A stretch of DNA of 64,000 nt, from assembly GCA_016872215.1 (NCBI GenBank), contig VHAX01000006.1:5115-69114 (forward strand), read 5' to 3'. Source of the DNA: Sphingomonadales bacterium. GTDB taxonomy: Bacteria; Bacteroidota; Bacteroidia; UBA7662. How positions within the stretch are numbered: the first letter of the stretch is position 1; every line of letters begins with the position of its first letter. Position numbers and translations under genes: made by a program. The notes under the pieces are model-generated. The model worked only from the letters and a program-made list of their open reading frames with translations, searched no databases and had not been told where the DNA came from. Below, piece by piece: positions 1 to 8,372 of this stretch.

Positions 1-1827
1 GAAAATACCATCATTTTTCAGGATGACTTTTCGGCTGGCTCTTCCTCATGGACCAATCAGGGGTTTGAAGGGACAAATAATGGCAGCACGCCCGACACCA
101 CAGGTGTATGGGAATACCGTGGCCCGGCCACTACCCCCAACACCGGTACAGGTTCTCGTGGTGCTTACGGAACAGCCAACCTAACCGTGCAGTCGTCTAC
201 GCCCGCCAATGGTTTTATGGTATTCGACTCCGATTGGCTCGATAACAATGGAGTGCAAGGTGCTTTTGGTCAGGGTATATTCCCCGCTCCGCACAGAGCT
301 ATGCTGATCAGCCCAAGTTTCAATTCGGCACAATATCCTTATCTGAACCTGGAGTTCTATCAGTATTACCGCCGTTTTGCTGGTCCAACCAGTCAGGCCC
401 AGCCAGCAACCTATGTGTTGTTCTCGATCAACGGAGGTGCTACCTGGGATGATACCCTTATGATCAATTCCAACATCGCGGTGAATCAGGCCACCGCGCG
501 CAACTCACTCATACGTGTGAATGTTTCGGATTATATCGGTGGTGCGGCCAATGCAAAAATTGCATTTATGTTCCATGGCGATTATTACTTCTGGCAGATT
601 GATGACGTGAAGATCACCCAGGCGCCCAACCATGATTTGGCCCTTGTTCAGTCGATTTTTCTCCCCGATACCGCAAACGGCCGTTTTCTGGAGTATGGGA
701 TGGTGCCCGCCCCCAACACGGGTGGCGTTGTGTTTCAAGCTTTGGTACGCAACGTGGGCACGCTTAGCCAGACCAATGTGACCCTGACAGTAAATGCAAC
801 GCCCACCTCTGGTGGCGCACCATTGTATACAAGCACGAGCTCCATCCCTTCTTTGGCCCCTGGTACTGAACAGGTGATCAGCCTGAACACCATTTTCCCG
901 GCTACGACCATCGCCAAAATGAATGTTAGCTTCAATGTGACAGCCGATAGTACCGACGCATACACACTAAACAACTCCGCTACACGCCAGTTTGCGATCA
1001 CAGACTCGGCATTTTCGCCCTCTGTAATTGCTCCCGTTTCACAGTCGTATTCCGGAACCGGTCAATGGGGCAATCCTGCTGCTCAACAAATTTCTCTGGG
1101 CAATTTGTTTGAGATTCTAACTGCTGATACGGTAACCAGTGCCACCGCTTATCTGCAGACCGGCGCAACTGGAACACAAGCAGGATCGTCTGTCGTGTTT
1201 ACGGTTCGCTCTCCCGGCACGGACGGACTCCCGGGCGATCTCACAACAGTTCTGTTTGAGAGCGATGTGTACACCATCACCTCGCAGGACATCGCTCGCG
1301 GCTTTATTGTGGTTCCCTTCCCGGCAACCCTTTTTGGATCACCCCAGGACCGGGTGGTGGAGCCTGGCGATCACTGGCTGGTGGCTGAAATGTTTTCAAA
1401 CAATGGAGCAAATCGCATTCGCTTCCTCGACGATGTGACTTTCACTATGCCTTGGTTTGCCTCTGTTTTGTATACCGATGATTGGTACAACAATGGTAAT
1501 GCCATGCGGATGTTCATGAACTTCGGACGTGCCTCCTCTGGAGTATCGGTACAGGAATTGGCTGCAGATGTTCGTTTGAACTTATACCCAAACCCGGCTC
1601 AGGGTGACTACGCTATGCTCGAAATCGCTGCTGAAAGACCTGCGGGTAAAGTAACCTGCGAAATTTCGGATATGACCGGTCGCCTCGTGGTTACCCAGAG
1701 CAGTCAAATTTCCGGGATGAGCGAAACTTTGCCCCTCGACATCAGCGCATTGAATACAGGCTTATATCAGGTTCGCGTGAATATGCTCGGTGGTAGCCGC
1801 ACGCTTCGCCTGGTGGTGAACCGCTGA
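1..1827 (+). CDS. Secreted protein with T9SS (Por) C-terminal sorting domain; 5' end truncated by the window edge
   Basis: Frame 1 is open from base 1 with no start in view. The C-terminal ~80 aa (LYPNPAQGDYAMLEIAA...LYQVRVNMLGGSRTLRLVV) have the typical T9SS CTD pattern. The Thr/Ser/Gly-rich body is consistent with a surface or adhesin-type protein. Confidence 0.6.
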   Translation, partial: ENTIIFQDDFSAGSSSWTNQGFEGTNNGSTPDTTGVWEYRGPATTPNTGTGSRGAYGTANLTVQSSTPANGFMVFDSDWLDNNGVQGAFGQGIFPAPHRAMLISPSFNSAQYPYLNLEFYQYYRRFAGPTSQAQPATYVLFSINGGATWDDTLMINSNIAVNQATARNSLIRVNVSDYIGGAANAKIAFMFHGDYYFWQIDDVKITQAPNHDLALVQSIFLPDTANGRFLEYGMVPAPNTGGVVFQALVRNVGTLSQTNVTLTVNATPTSGGAPLYTSTSSIPSLAPGTEQVISLNTIFPATTIAKMNVSFNVTADSTDAYTLNNSATRQFAITDSAFSPSVIAPVSQSYSGTGQWGNPAAQQISLGNLFEILTADTVTSATAYLQTGATGTQAGSSVVFTVRSPGTDGLPGDLTTVLFESDVYTITSQDIARGFIVVPFPATLFGSPQDRVVEPGDHWLVAEMFSNNGANRIRFLDDVTFTMPWFASVLYTDDWYNNGNAMRMFMNFGRASSGVSVQELAADVRLNLYPNPAQGDYAMLEIAAERPAGKVTCEISDMTGRLVVTQSSQISGMSETLPLDISALNTGLYQVRVNMLGGSRTLRLVVNR

Positions 1828-1887
1828 TTGTAGCTCATCCCCCGGGTTTATGGGTTGATTTCAAGACCCTAGAGATCCTTAAACAAA

Positions 1888-1920
1888 CCGATATCCCGAA
1901 AGGGGTGTCGGTTTTTTTTT
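1888..1920 (+). terminator. Rho-independent terminator downstream of the T9SS protein gene
   Basis: Hairpin CCGATATCCC-GAAA-GGGGTGTCGG (10-bp stem with two G-U wobble pairs) followed by T9. Confidence 0.5.
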
Positions 1921-1951
1921 GGATAGATTTGTGCGCCTGATTTGATGGATT

Positions 1952-2971
1952 ATGAAAGTACACAAGCACTTCGACATACGAAACCACAACACTTTTAGGG
2001 TCTCTTCATATGTTCGCTATTTTTTGGGAGCCGAAAGGGAAGAGGAAGTGCCGTCAGCCATGGAAATGGCCGAAAACCTGGGCTATCCAATGATGGTGTT
2101 GGGGAGCGGAAGCAATATGTTGATTTGCTCAGACCTGAACCGAGTGGTGATTAACCCCAATTTGCAGGGCATACAGGAGCACCACCATGGGGCTGATGTG
2201 ATTGTGGAGGCAGGTGCTGGGGTGAACTGGCATCAGCTGGTACGCTACACAGTGGAGCGGGGGTATGGTGGGTTGGAAAATCTGGCCCTCATTCCGGGCA
2301 CGGTAGGCGCTGCGCCCGTACAAAATATTGGTGCCTATGGGGTGGAATTGAAAGACGTATTTGTGGATCTGCTGGGGTTCCACCGCCAACACGGGCGGAT
2401 GGTGATGGATGCCGGTGCTTGTCGATTTGCCTACCGCGACTCGGTGTTTAAAGGCGAGTTCAAAGATGCGTTTGTGATCTGCAGCGTACGATTCCGTCTG
2501 CAAAAGCAGTCTAAACTCAATCTGTCATACGATGCCTTGCAACGCGAAATACAGAAAAGGGGACTCAAACCTGCAAACCCGGCTGAATTGGCCGATTGGG
2601 TGGCTGCCATCCGAAGCAGCAAACTGCCCGACCCGGAGGTGATCGGCAATGCTGGCAGTTTTTTCAAAAATCCAATGCTCTCTACCACACAATACAACGC
2701 GTTAAAGGATGAATTTCCCGAAATTCCGGGCTATCCAACGGCATCGGAACGCGTCAAAACGTCGGCGGCATGGTTGATCGAGCAATGCGGATGGAAGGGC
2801 GCGCGCAAGGGCGATGCCGGGGTTTATGAGAAGCATTCCTTGGTGCTGGTGAACCACGGAAGGGCATCAGGTGCTGAGCTATGGGCATTGGCCACAGAAA
2901 TCCGCCAATCCGTATTCGAGCACTTCCGGATCATGATCGAGCCCGAGGTCAATGTCCTGAGTGATGTCTAA
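1952..2971 (+). CDS. murB: UDP-N-acetylenolpyruvoylglucosamine reductase
   Basis: 339 aa with an FAD-binding PCMH domain (MVLGSGSNML, GGLENLALIPGTVGAAPVQNIGAYG) and a MurB C-terminal domain (GNAGSFFKNP). Confidence 0.85.
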   Translation: MKVHKHFDIRNHNTFRVSSYVRYFLGAEREEEVPSAMEMAENLGYPMMVLGSGSNMLICSDLNRVVINPNLQGIQEHHHGADVIVEAGAGVNWHQLVRYTVERGYGGLENLALIPGTVGAAPVQNIGAYGVELKDVFVDLLGFHRQHGRMVMDAGACRFAYRDSVFKGEFKDAFVICSVRFRLQKQSKLNLSYDALQREIQKRGLKPANPAELADWVAAIRSSKLPDPEVIGNAGSFFKNPMLSTTQYNALKDEFPEIPGYPTASERVKTSAAWLIEQCGWKGARKGDAGVYEKHSLVLVNHGRASGAELWALATEIRQSVFEHFRIMIEPEVNVLSDV

Positions 2972-3116
2972 GTGAAACGCGACTGAAACCCGGCTAAAGT
3001 TTTTGATTAAATCTTTAGTATGATTAGGATCGGGTGGAGGAGCGACAACAGCTAGTACAGTTGTTCTATAAAATGAAACCTGCGGTATAAGCGAGTAAGA
3101 GCACTACAGTATTCTA

Positions 3117-3824
3117 TCAGTGGGGATGCTGATGCACGGCCATCTTAGCTTTCAAAAAGGCCACCACAGCATCTAGTTCAGGGTCAGATAACACATCAGT
3201 ACCGAAACCGGGCATGGCGTTTTTGCCTTTGCGGATGAAGGACTTGGTTGCATCGCGGTCGAGGGTGCTGTGGACCAGATTTTTGGCACCAGCTACGCCC
3301 AAGGCGCCGTCAGAGCCGTGACAAGCCACACAGTAGAAGGTATAAAGCGCTTTGCCCTGAGAAACGTTGTCATTTAGCGCTTTACCAGCTATTGTTGAGT
3401 CTCTAATTGCCTTGACTCCCTCAAGGGCTTTGTGCGGCCCAAGGTTTTCGAAGTAATCGGACTTCTTCATCCGTGGGCTGCGGGTCTCCGATATGCCCCA
3501 TGAATAGAGGATCAGAAGCAGCGACAACAACGCCATGCCTTTGTTGGCCCTTCGAAATCCAATGACCGCCAGGGGAATGGAGGCGAAAACAGCAAGCAAC
3601 TTCACCCAAAACCAAACGCCTACCTGTACCGATGGGGTTTGAAGGGCCAATCCGATTCCGGTCAACAGAAACAAGGTGCTCACGATGATTTCTGCGATGC
3701 GGGTTTTTCGTCCGAATGGTTCAAGTAAAGCGGGTTTTAAATACAATAAAACCGTTTTTATGAGATAGAGCAGCAGGAAAAGGGAAACAACAAGGGTGTG
3801 TGTGTGTAATAGTCCGGTATACAT
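3117..3824 (-). CDS. Membrane-anchored c-type cytochrome
   Basis: N-terminal hydrophobic helices, then a CxxCH haem-binding motif (CVACHGSDG) and a typical class I cytochrome c C-terminal fold. Confidence 0.6.
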   Translation of the reverse strand: MYTGLLHTHTLVVSLFLLLYLIKTVLLYLKPALLEPFGRKTRIAEIIVSTLFLLTGIGLALQTPSVQVGVWFWVKLLAVFASIPLAVIGFRRANKGMALLSLLLILYSWGISETRSPRMKKSDYFENLGPHKALEGVKAIRDSTIAGKALNDNVSQGKALYTFYCVACHGSDGALGVAGAKNLVHSTLDRDATKSFIRKGKNAMPGFGTDVLSDPELDAVVAFLKAKMAVHQHPH

Positions 3825-3947
3825 ATGAGTGATGGGGTTGGAGTTCAGAGGAATCTACGTTACCCAAAAAATGGGCGTGGGTGAACTGCAAAAATAGTCA
3901 GGATTCGTGCGGAAGTTTACTCAGGTTTTCATGCGTTCAGGAATAAA

Positions 3948-5165
3948 TCAATCTTTGGAGTGCTGGGAGCGATTCACAAATTCGTTAAATTCCTCAAATA
4001 ACTTAAGACAGCGGTCGGGACATTCTTCCATGCCCATGTGACCAGTGTTGGGAAGAATGTCGAGCTGAAGGTTGTCAAGCCGGGATATCCAATCCCACGC
4101 TCTGGCCAAGGGTAACACCGGGTCCTGTTCACCCAGCACCACCCACTTCGGCAGCGAAGAGTGCTCGAGAAGCAGGTTAAGTCGATCGCTGCGGTTCATC
4201 ATGGCCTCTATCTGGTGACAGATGTGCTGCGGGAGCTGACTCGAGGCGACTGCACGGAGTTGCTTGATGCGTTCGCTGCAAGGTTCTACAGACTCGGGAG
4301 CGAACAGGGAGGGCACAAATGCATCCATGAAGCGCGTGTGCCCGGCATCGCGGATCAGATTCAAGGTACGGCGACGATTGGCACGCTTGTCGTCGTCGTC
4401 GGCAAGTGGGTGCGAATGAAACAAGCCAAGGCCCGCTATCCTGTCCGGTATGCGTTTCAGCAATTCCAACGCCACATAGCCCCCCATGGAATGTCCCACC
4501 ACCACAAACGACCCAACCCCCTGTGCATCGAGCCAAACTTCTAAAGCACATGCCATGATGCCTATACCTGTTTCAGACCGGCTCTCCGTGGCGCCCAAAC
4601 CTCTATCCGATTGTCTCTCCGTGATTCCAATCCCTGCATCCGACCGGTTTCCCGCAGTCTCCATTCTTGCATCGGAACGGGTTACCGTGTCCCCTGTCCC
4701 TGTAGCCGGATGACTTTCAGTGGTGCCCATTCCAGAATCCGACAAGCTTCCCGTGGCTCCTGACCCTGCATCTGAGCGACTTCCAGTGGTGGCCATACCC
4801 GTATCGAACCGGCTTCTCGTGGTCTCCATACTTGCACCCGAATGACCTTCTGTGATACCAATACCCAGATTCGGACTATTTCCAAAAGATAGCGTCGCAT
4901 CAAGTTGAGCGGAATGACTCGTTATGGCATTCGCATCCCTTGATTCAGGCCAGGCTTCGGAACCTGAACCAGAAAGGTCGGGAATGAGAATGGGCCCATC
5001 CCAGGAAATATGATCTGCCAGGGGCTGCCAAGACGAACGACTGCCTGAAAAACCATGTAAAAGAACAAGGGCCATGCCCGCGCCGTGTTGCCCAGCGGTT
5101 TTTTTTATCATTTTTGTCGGTTGACAAACGCAAAAAGGCGTAGTGCTAATATCCACAACCTTCAA
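3948..5165 (-). CDS. Alpha/beta-fold hydrolase with internal low-complexity tandem-repeat insertion
   Basis: HGFSGS oxyanion motif, nucleophile elbow GHSMGG and a C-terminal catalytic His region (PNTGHM). A ~105-aa G/S/T/D-rich insertion of 11-aa repeats lies between the core strands. The true start may be an internal Met (MIKKTAG...). Confidence 0.65.
   Translation of the reverse strand: MKVVDISTTPFCVCQPTKMIKKTAGQHGAGMALVLLHGFSGSRSSWQPLADHISWDGPILIPDLSGSGSEAWPESRDANAITSHSAQLDATLSFGNSPNLGIGITEGHSGASMETTRSRFDTGMATTGSRSDAGSGATGSLSDSGMGTTESHPATGTGDTVTRSDARMETAGNRSDAGIGITERQSDRGLGATESRSETGIGIMACALEVWLDAQGVGSFVVVGHSMGGYVALELLKRIPDRIAGLGLFHSHPLADDDDKRANRRRTLNLIRDAGHTRFMDAFVPSLFAPESVEPCSERIKQLRAVASSQLPQHICHQIEAMMNRSDRLNLLLEHSSLPKWVVLGEQDPVLPLARAWDWISRLDNLQLDILPNTGHMGMEECPDRCLKLFEEFNEFVNRSQHSKD
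4550..4870 (-). repeat. About ten imperfect 33-bp (11-aa) in-frame tandem repeats inside the hydrolase gene
   Basis: Encoded peptide units SRSDAGSGATG / SLSDSGMGTTE / TRSDARMETAG / NRSDAGIGITE / RQSDRGLGATE / SRSETGIGIM. The DNA shows recurring ...tccgac/tctccgtg...cc(a/c)ataccc... units. Confidence 0.6.
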
Positions 5166-5167
5166 CT

Positions 5168-8100
5168 ATGCAGCACCCATACCCCCTCAAAAATTCAGAA
5201 TGTCGAAACAGTGCCCTCAGGGGATTGTTATTGATGCTTCTTGCTCTCTACATCCCCAGCTATTCAGAGGCTCAGCCCCACTTTCCTTACAACGGAGTGC
5301 GCGATAGTCGTCCCGCCATATGGTATCTGAGCGGGGCAACGGTCATTAAATCGGCGGGCGACACCCTCAGAGATGGGGTTGTGGTGATCCGAAACGGACG
5401 AATAGAAGCGGTGGGTAAGCAAATACCCAAACCGACTGATGCCCGTGTGGTGGATCTGAAAGGAAAATTTGTGTACCCCGCATTCCTTGAGCCCGCGGCC
5501 AATTATGGGATGGATTCTCTGAAAACCCAGCGGTCACCCAAAGGATCGCGCCGCGAAGAAAGCCCTGTGCTGTTGCCCGAACGAGAGGGCGCCTGGAACG
5601 CCAATGATGCCATCCGGGCCGATCAAAGCGCTGCGGAGTTGTTTGTTGTGAAGTCGGAGGAGGCCGAAAAGTGGCGAAAGGCGGGATATGGGGCTGTGCT
5701 CACCCATCCCCGCGATGGAATTATGCGCGGCACCGGTGCGTGGGTGTCGACCGCTGACGGGCCGGAAGGCTCCGCCCTCCTGTTGCCATCGGCCAGTACG
5801 CATTACAGCTTCGATAAGGGAAGCAGCCGGCAGGATTACCCCTCATCGCTTATGGGCAGTATTGCCCTTTTGCGACAAACACATTATGATTTGCAGTGGT
5901 ACACACGGCAGGAAGCGGTGGGTAGGGTGTATGATCAGGTGCTCGACGCCATGCAGCGCACGGCATCACTCCCCAAGGTGTTCGAAACCCCCCGTAAGTA
6001 TGATGTTCTTCGTGTGGCTTCCATCGCCAAGGAATTTGGATTCCCCTTTGTGGCAACCGGAACAGGGGAGGAATACCAGTACATTCAAGACATTAAATCC
6101 ACAGGAGCGACGCTGTTGCTGCCCCTCAATTTCCCTGAACCTATGGATGTTCAGGACCCCTTCGATGCGCGAGAGGCCTCCCTATCGGCCATGATGCACT
6201 GGGAGATGGCCCCCGGAAACCCAGCCGTGGTGTACAGGGCGGGGGTCCCATTTGCAATAACGGGGAATGGACTAAAATCACCGGATGAGCTGCTGCCACG
6301 TTTGCGGACGGCCATTGAGCGTGGACTACCAGCAACTGCAGCATTGGAGGCCCTCACCCTGGCACCGGCCCGATTGTTCGGCGCCGGGCAATGGATGGGG
6401 AAGATTGAGAAGGGATATTTGGGGAATATCATTGTGTGTTCGCACCCCCTGTTTGATCCCGAAAACCAGATTATTGAGACCTGGACATCGGGGATTCCAT
6501 ACAACAACATCAAAGAAGAAATAAAGGTGGATTTGAGGGGCATCTACCGGCTGAACCGGGTTGAATGGGCCCCCAATGATGGTTTGGGTAAGGTGACGCC
6601 TAAAGCCTCGGTCGCATCCACCGAAACTGTAGAAGGACTGAAGGGGATGCAGCTCGTTGTCGGCGGTAGTCGCGCCAACTACGAAGTCGGACTACGCAGC
6701 AGCGATACGGCAAAATCGGTGGGCATGAAAGTGCGCTATCGACAGGGATTTCTGAGTCTATCGGTGCAGGACAGTAGTGTGAGTGGCGCACAAATGATAC
6801 GCCTGAGCGCATGGCGGGATGGGGTAGCGGGACTAAACGCACGTCTGGAACTGCCCGACGGCAGCATTTGGCGACTCGGATTCGACTCCATAGCACCCCA
6901 CACGGCCGACACCACCACCAAGAAGGCTAAGTCAACTCCACCCCTTCCCGCCGAAATCATGCGGTATCCATTTGCGGACCTGGGGCATGAGGAGTCCCCT
7001 CGTCACACCAATCTCTTGATCAAAGGGGTCACCGTGTGGACCAGCAGCGAATCGGGAATAATCAAAGAGGCGGATGTGGCTGTGCGCGACGGGAAAATAC
7101 TGGCCATTCGTACGACCGCTACGACAGATCCTGCAAGCTTGTTTGGCAAGGGGGTCGAATTCAGCGTCCGTGAGGGGAAGGGACTACACCTGACCCCGGG
7201 AATAATCGACGAGCACAGCCACATTGCCATCACCAGAGGCGTGAACGAGGGCACACGAAGCATCACCGCTGAGGTCCGCATCGGCGATGTACTCAACCCC
7301 GACGACGTCAACATTTACCGACAGCTCGCGGGAGGCGTAACCACCGCCCAACTGCTGCACGGATCGGCCAATGCCATAGGTGGACAAAGCGCAATTGTGC
7401 AGATGCGCTGGGGCGTTACCCACCCCGACTCACTGAAATTTCGCGGCGCCCCCGGTTTCATAAAATTCGCTCTGGGCGAAAACGTTAAGCAATCCAATTG
7501 GGGCGACATACATGTGGTACGTTTTCCGCAGACTCGTATGGGTGTGGAGCAGGTTATGATGGACGGATTCCTCAGGGCGCGGGAATATGCCGAGAAACGC
7601 AAGACCCAGCCGCAGACGACCCGCCGCGACCTCACTCTCGATGCCTTGGTAGAGATCCTGCGTGCTGAGCGTTTCATAACATGCCACAGCTATGTGCAGA
7701 GCGAAATCAATATGCTCATGAAGATGGCCGACTCAATCGGATTCAAGGTCAATACCTTCACACACATTCTGGAGGGCTATAAAGTGGCCGATAAAATGAA
7801 GCAGCATGGGGTGTCGGCCTCCAGCTTTGCCGATTGGTGGGCCTACAAATACGAGGTTATCGACGCCATCCCCCACAATGCGGCCATCCTGCATCGCGTG
7901 GGGGTGAACGTGGCCATCAACTCCGACGATGCCGAGATGGCGCGTCGCTTAAATCAGGAGGCGGCCAAGACCGTGAAGTATGGCGGACTCACCGAGGAGC
8001 AGGCCCTGAGGACAGTCACAATCAACCCCGCCCGCGCCCTGCGTATCGACCACAAGGTGGGGAGCATAGAGGTGGGCAAGCAGGCCGATCTGGTGCTTTG

Positions 8101-8347
8101 GAGTGCCCATCCCCTCAGCATGTATGCCCGTCCGCTGCTCACCCTAATCGAAGGCATACCCTATTTTGATCTGAATCGTGATGAGGCGGCACAAATGAGC
8201 CGTGAGAGGGAGCGCCAACGGCTGATTGCGGAACTTCTGAAGGAAAAAGGAGAGGTTAAGGAGGGCAACAAGCCGCGGCGGATAATCGACCCGCAATGGC
8301 ATTGTGAAACCCTCGGTGAGGAGGGAGAAGCAGGTGTCGCCCACTGA
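5168..8347 (+). CDS. Secreted tandem-domain amidohydrolase family protein (degenerate N-terminal domain plus active C-terminal domain)
   Basis: Signal-like N-terminus. Two amidohydrolase-like modules: the first lacks the HxH metal motif (PAFLEPAANYG), the second has it (GIIDEHSHIAI). C-terminal ...NSDD..., INPARAL and GKQADLVLW motifs fit the metal-dependent hydrolase fold. Confidence 0.7.
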   Translation: MQHPYPLKNSECRNSALRGLLLMLLALYIPSYSEAQPHFPYNGVRDSRPAIWYLSGATVIKSAGDTLRDGVVVIRNGRIEAVGKQIPKPTDARVVDLKGKFVYPAFLEPAANYGMDSLKTQRSPKGSRREESPVLLPEREGAWNANDAIRADQSAAELFVVKSEEAEKWRKAGYGAVLTHPRDGIMRGTGAWVSTADGPEGSALLLPSASTHYSFDKGSSRQDYPSSLMGSIALLRQTHYDLQWYTRQEAVGRVYDQVLDAMQRTASLPKVFETPRKYDVLRVASIAKEFGFPFVATGTGEEYQYIQDIKSTGATLLLPLNFPEPMDVQDPFDAREASLSAMMHWEMAPGNPAVVYRAGVPFAITGNGLKSPDELLPRLRTAIERGLPATAALEALTLAPARLFGAGQWMGKIEKGYLGNIIVCSHPLFDPENQIIETWTSGIPYNNIKEEIKVDLRGIYRLNRVEWAPNDGLGKVTPKASVASTETVEGLKGMQLVVGGSRANYEVGLRSSDTAKSVGMKVRYRQGFLSLSVQDSSVSGAQMIRLSAWRDGVAGLNARLELPDGSIWRLGFDSIAPHTADTTTKKAKSTPPLPAEIMRYPFADLGHEESPRHTNLLIKGVTVWTSSESGIIKEADVAVRDGKILAIRTTATTDPASLFGKGVEFSVREGKGLHLTPGIIDEHSHIAITRGVNEGTRSITAEVRIGDVLNPDDVNIYRQLAGGVTTAQLLHGSANAIGGQSAIVQMRWGVTHPDSLKFRGAPGFIKFALGENVKQSNWGDIHVVRFPQTRMGVEQVMMDGFLRAREYAEKRKTQPQTTRRDLTLDALVEILRAERFITCHSYVQSEINMLMKMADSIGFKVNTFTHILEGYKVADKMKQHGVSASSFADWWAYKYEVIDAIPHNAAILHRVGVNVAINSDDAEMARRLNQEAAKTVKYGGLTEEQALRTVTINPARALRIDHKVGSIEVGKQADLVLWSAHPLSMYARPLLTLIEGIPYFDLNRDEAAQMSRERERQRLIAELLKEKGEVKEGNKPRRIIDPQWHCETLGEEGEAGVAH

Positions 8348-8372
8348 GGCTAATCAGCGATCGATCTCCTTT

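Noticed and set aside
505-1438. Three ORFs (505..738 -, 735..1001 -, 1139..1438 +) inside the first CDS
   Set aside because: They are embedded or antisense in a long coding frame with a strong T9SS-CTD protein signature and have no recognisable domains. They are typical shadow ORFs.
4161-5133. Antisense or alternative-frame ORFs within the alpha/beta hydrolase gene (4161..4544 +, 4177..4551 -, 4486..4713 +, 4682..4903 -, 4945..5133 -)
   Set aside because: The main hydrolase frame carries the catalytic motifs. The repeat region creates open frames in several phases by low complexity alone.
5287-8344. Numerous 60-170-aa ORFs on both strands inside the amidohydrolase gene
   Set aside because: High-GC shadow ORFs, Arg/Pro/Ala-rich, without domain signatures.
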